Translations under genes and position numbers: made by a program
Shown here: positions 62,091 through 64,000 of the stretch, one piece after another
How positions within the stretch are numbered: position 1 is the first letter of the stretch
Layout: each line of letters begins with the position of its first letter
Source of the DNA: Raillietiella orientalis
Taxonomy: Eukaryota
Direction: 5' to 3'
DNA: 64,000 nucleotides
NCBI GenBank assembly: GCA_036172245.1
Contig: JAYWIR010000012.1
Location: forward strand, 3,906,001 to 3,970,000
The notes under the pieces: model-generated
Told to the model about the DNA's origin: nothing
Seen by the model: the letters and a program-made list of their open reading frames with translations, nothing else
Database searches by the model: none

Positions 62091-63895
62091 CCAGCTTCAT
62101 TCGGGAAGACCCTGACGCACTCTCCCGTGTTCGCTGAGGTCTTCATGGGGTGCTGCACATCGTGGACGGGGGTCCCTCCTTCCTGCCCTGGGTACGGCGG
62201 GCAGTCCGCGTGCCGGGAGAGAACGTCCCGGGTCGGCGCGCTCCCCTCGCCGGGGTGGGAGAGCCGGGTCGCCCGCGCAGGCGCGGTGCGGGAGGGCGAC
62301 CACTCGTTTTGAGCCTCCCTGGCAGACCACCTGCCGAAAAGCCCTCCGTGGGAAAAGTCTGGTACCGACGAAGTCCTGGGCTTGAAAAAGGAGGCTGCTG
62401 CCTTCTGAAGCACGGGGACCCTCGCCTGCAGCCTCTGGTGGGCGTGGCTCCTGCCCATCCTCTCCATGCTTGCATTGTTCCTCTTCACCAGCTCTTCCAC
62501 CAGAGCGCCGTGCTGGCGCTGGTGAGCGAAGTAGTGGTCCATTTGCATGGTCTTCAGGAACAGTGGGAAGAGGGCACCGCAGAGGGGGCAGCGCTGCTGG
62601 AAGAACCGGAGCATGTCGGACAGGGCGTTGCCGGTGGCACCGCTGCCCTCCTCCACGGGAACGTACCCGTCGCCCTGCTTGGAAATGGGGGGATCGGGAC
62701 TCTGCGGGTAGTTCTCCTCGAGCATGGAGAAGGGTGGATCCTGGAGGCTCCCGTGAACAGCGCCATCAGACGCGCCGGAAAACACGTCAATCTCCACGTC
62801 GTCAGCGAGTGAGCAGGGGGGAGGGGTGGCAGTCGCCTTGGAAATCCCGCCCGAAAGCGTGGTGGAGGCGGTCGGGGGCAGCATTTCCAGGGCGAAGTTC
62901 GCATCCACGCTGTCCCCTCCGCCGCCGTTCTCGACGCCAACGCTGCACAGGGATCCGTGCGCAAACACCGAGTTCATGGAGTTCACCACGTTCTCCGCTG
63001 GTGCCAGCAGCATCTCCAAGGAAAAGAGGTTCTCGGGAACGGGAGAAATGCTGGCGTCAGCGAGAACACACGCCGGAGCAGCGTGTAGCGGGGGCGGAGC
63101 CTTGGGGGGAAATTCGCCACCACCTCCTCCGATCACCCCTTCGGGCAGAGAAGGGAACTCCTGCTCTTTCAACGTCTCTGCCGGCTGCTCCGCGCGTGCC
63201 TTTTCCGGGTCTCTTTCCCCCGCGGCGTCCCGGAAAAGTCGCTCGTCCTGCAGGAGGGAGGCAGCTGCGCCGATCCCCTGCGGCGGCTTGCACCGGCAGC
63301 ACCCGCAGCCGAGGAAGGGGCAGGCAGCCGGCTCGTGGGCGTCGAGGCCGCTGCGGTCGAACCCGTGGGCGCGGCAGCTCCAGCACGCGGACCGGGCCTT
63401 CCGGAAGCAGCCGCTCCTATCCGCAGAGCGGTCCACCGAGGCAGCATCCTCGTTGCGTTGCATGTTCCCGCGGAGACGGGGAGTGTTACGTGCTGCCGGG
63501 AAGGGGGGCTCCCATCCTTCCAGATTCCAGATATTGGATGAGCAGGGATCGGTGGAGTCCTGTGGAGGAGAGAGAGAAGGAGGAAAAGTTAAGAGGTGTT
63601 CGGTCCCCCTCTCTTTGGCGAGGAGAGGGGGACCACCTCCCTCCCTCCCGCTGGCCATTATTCTGTGGCGGGCACACCATCCCTCGGGGTGCTCCCCTTT
63701 CATCGTCGTTTGACCTCTCTGGCGGCGCCTCCAGCTACAGGATGCCGCGCACGCGAGAGAGAGCAGGGAACGAACGAGAAAGCGCGCTCCAGGAGGTACA
63801 TGGCTGGTGGCGGCGAGCCAAGGGCCCCGGCCGGAAGCCCGGAGGTGGCGACAACGACTGAAGAGAACACGTGGGGGACAGGGGTGGAGGGCCAA
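61763..63895 (-). CDS. 710-codon ORF with a DM-domain-like zinc module and a C2H2-like motif; true start uncertain
   Basis: CWSCRAHGFDRSGLDAHEPAACPFLGCGCCRC (63385-63290) follows the DM spacing C-x2-C-x2-H-x8/9-H-x3/4-C-x4-C-x-C-x2-C. CPLC..HYFAHQRQHG at 62590-62507. Longest ORF in the window. Confidence 0.55.
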   Translation of the reverse strand: MALHPCPPRVLFSRCRHLRASGRGPWLAATSHVPPGARFLVRSLLSLACAASCSWRRRQRGQTTMKGEHPEGWCARHRIMASGREGGGPPLLAKERGTEHLLTFPPSLSPPQDSTDPCSSNIWNLEGWEPPFPAARNTPRLRGNMQRNEDAASVDRSADRSGCFRKARSACWSCRAHGFDRSGLDAHEPAACPFLGCGCCRCKPPQGIGAAASLLQDERLFRDAAGERDPEKARAEQPAETLKEQEFPSLPEGVIGGGGGEFPPKAPPPLHAAPACVLADASISPVPENLFSLEMLLAPAENVVNSMNSVFAHGSLCSVGVENGGGGDSVDANFALEMLPPTASTTLSGGISKATATPPPCSLADDVEIDVFSGASDGAVHGSLQDPPFSMLEENYPQSPDPPISKQGDGYVPVEEGSGATGNALSDMLRFFQQRCPLCGALFPLFLKTMQMDHYFAHQRQHGALVEELVKRNNASMERMGRSHAHQRLQARVPVLQKAAASFFKPRTSSVPDFSHGGLFGRWSAREAQNEWSPSRTAPARATRLSHPGEGSAPTRDVLSRHADCPPYPGQEGGTPVHDVQHPMKTSANTGECVRVFPNEAGMCSSTEDSGQSSSKGAISSDSLVSGTFGPAPSRGSGATAHSPPPPPLVLAFLFSRTRRNDQEAIRRVAALLHDRPAQTPAREQRSGPVLRKRRLLHPYRYKTRQRSEK

Positions 63896-64000
63896 GGAAG
63901 GGAAGGGGCGCTCATGAAAGACGAGGCAAAGGATCCTGGGTTTCCTTCCCCCTCCCGGCTCTCCACTCTTCTGAGGCCAGGGAGAGGGAGAGCGGAAGAG

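Noticed and set aside
62470..63861. 463-aa plus-strand ORF
   Set aside because: Antisense shadow of the GC-rich 710-codon ORF, R/G/P-rich and without motifs.
1..64000. CRISPR arrays, rRNA genes, prokaryotic operons or defence systems
   Set aside because: No regularly spaced repeats, rRNA-like sequence or dense co-oriented genes were seen; the content is eukaryotic.

Overview
Eukaryotic (probably metazoan) GC-rich genomic DNA, not a prokaryotic operon region. Most entries in the ORF track are spurious or chimeric. The window is largely a graveyard of transposable elements. (1) About ten copies of an L1/Tx1-clade LINE: one near full-length copy (7641-~15370, minus) is split by four nested insertions whose target-site duplications can be read directly. 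(2) At least seven copies plus one isolated head of a ~700-bp tRNA-headed, hairpin-rich SINE. (3) Decayed Ty3/gypsy, DIRS-like, CR1/L2-group and other LINE remnants, plus a hAT MITE. (4) At the right end, a 710-codon ORF with a DM-domain-like (doublesex/mab-3) zinc module, lying upstream of R2/NeSL-type zinc fingers and a decayed RT. Several short minus-strand segments with canonical splice sites suggest an unidentified host gene with TE-filled introns. All assignments come from manual translation and motif recognition; no database search was run, and many boundaries are approximate.
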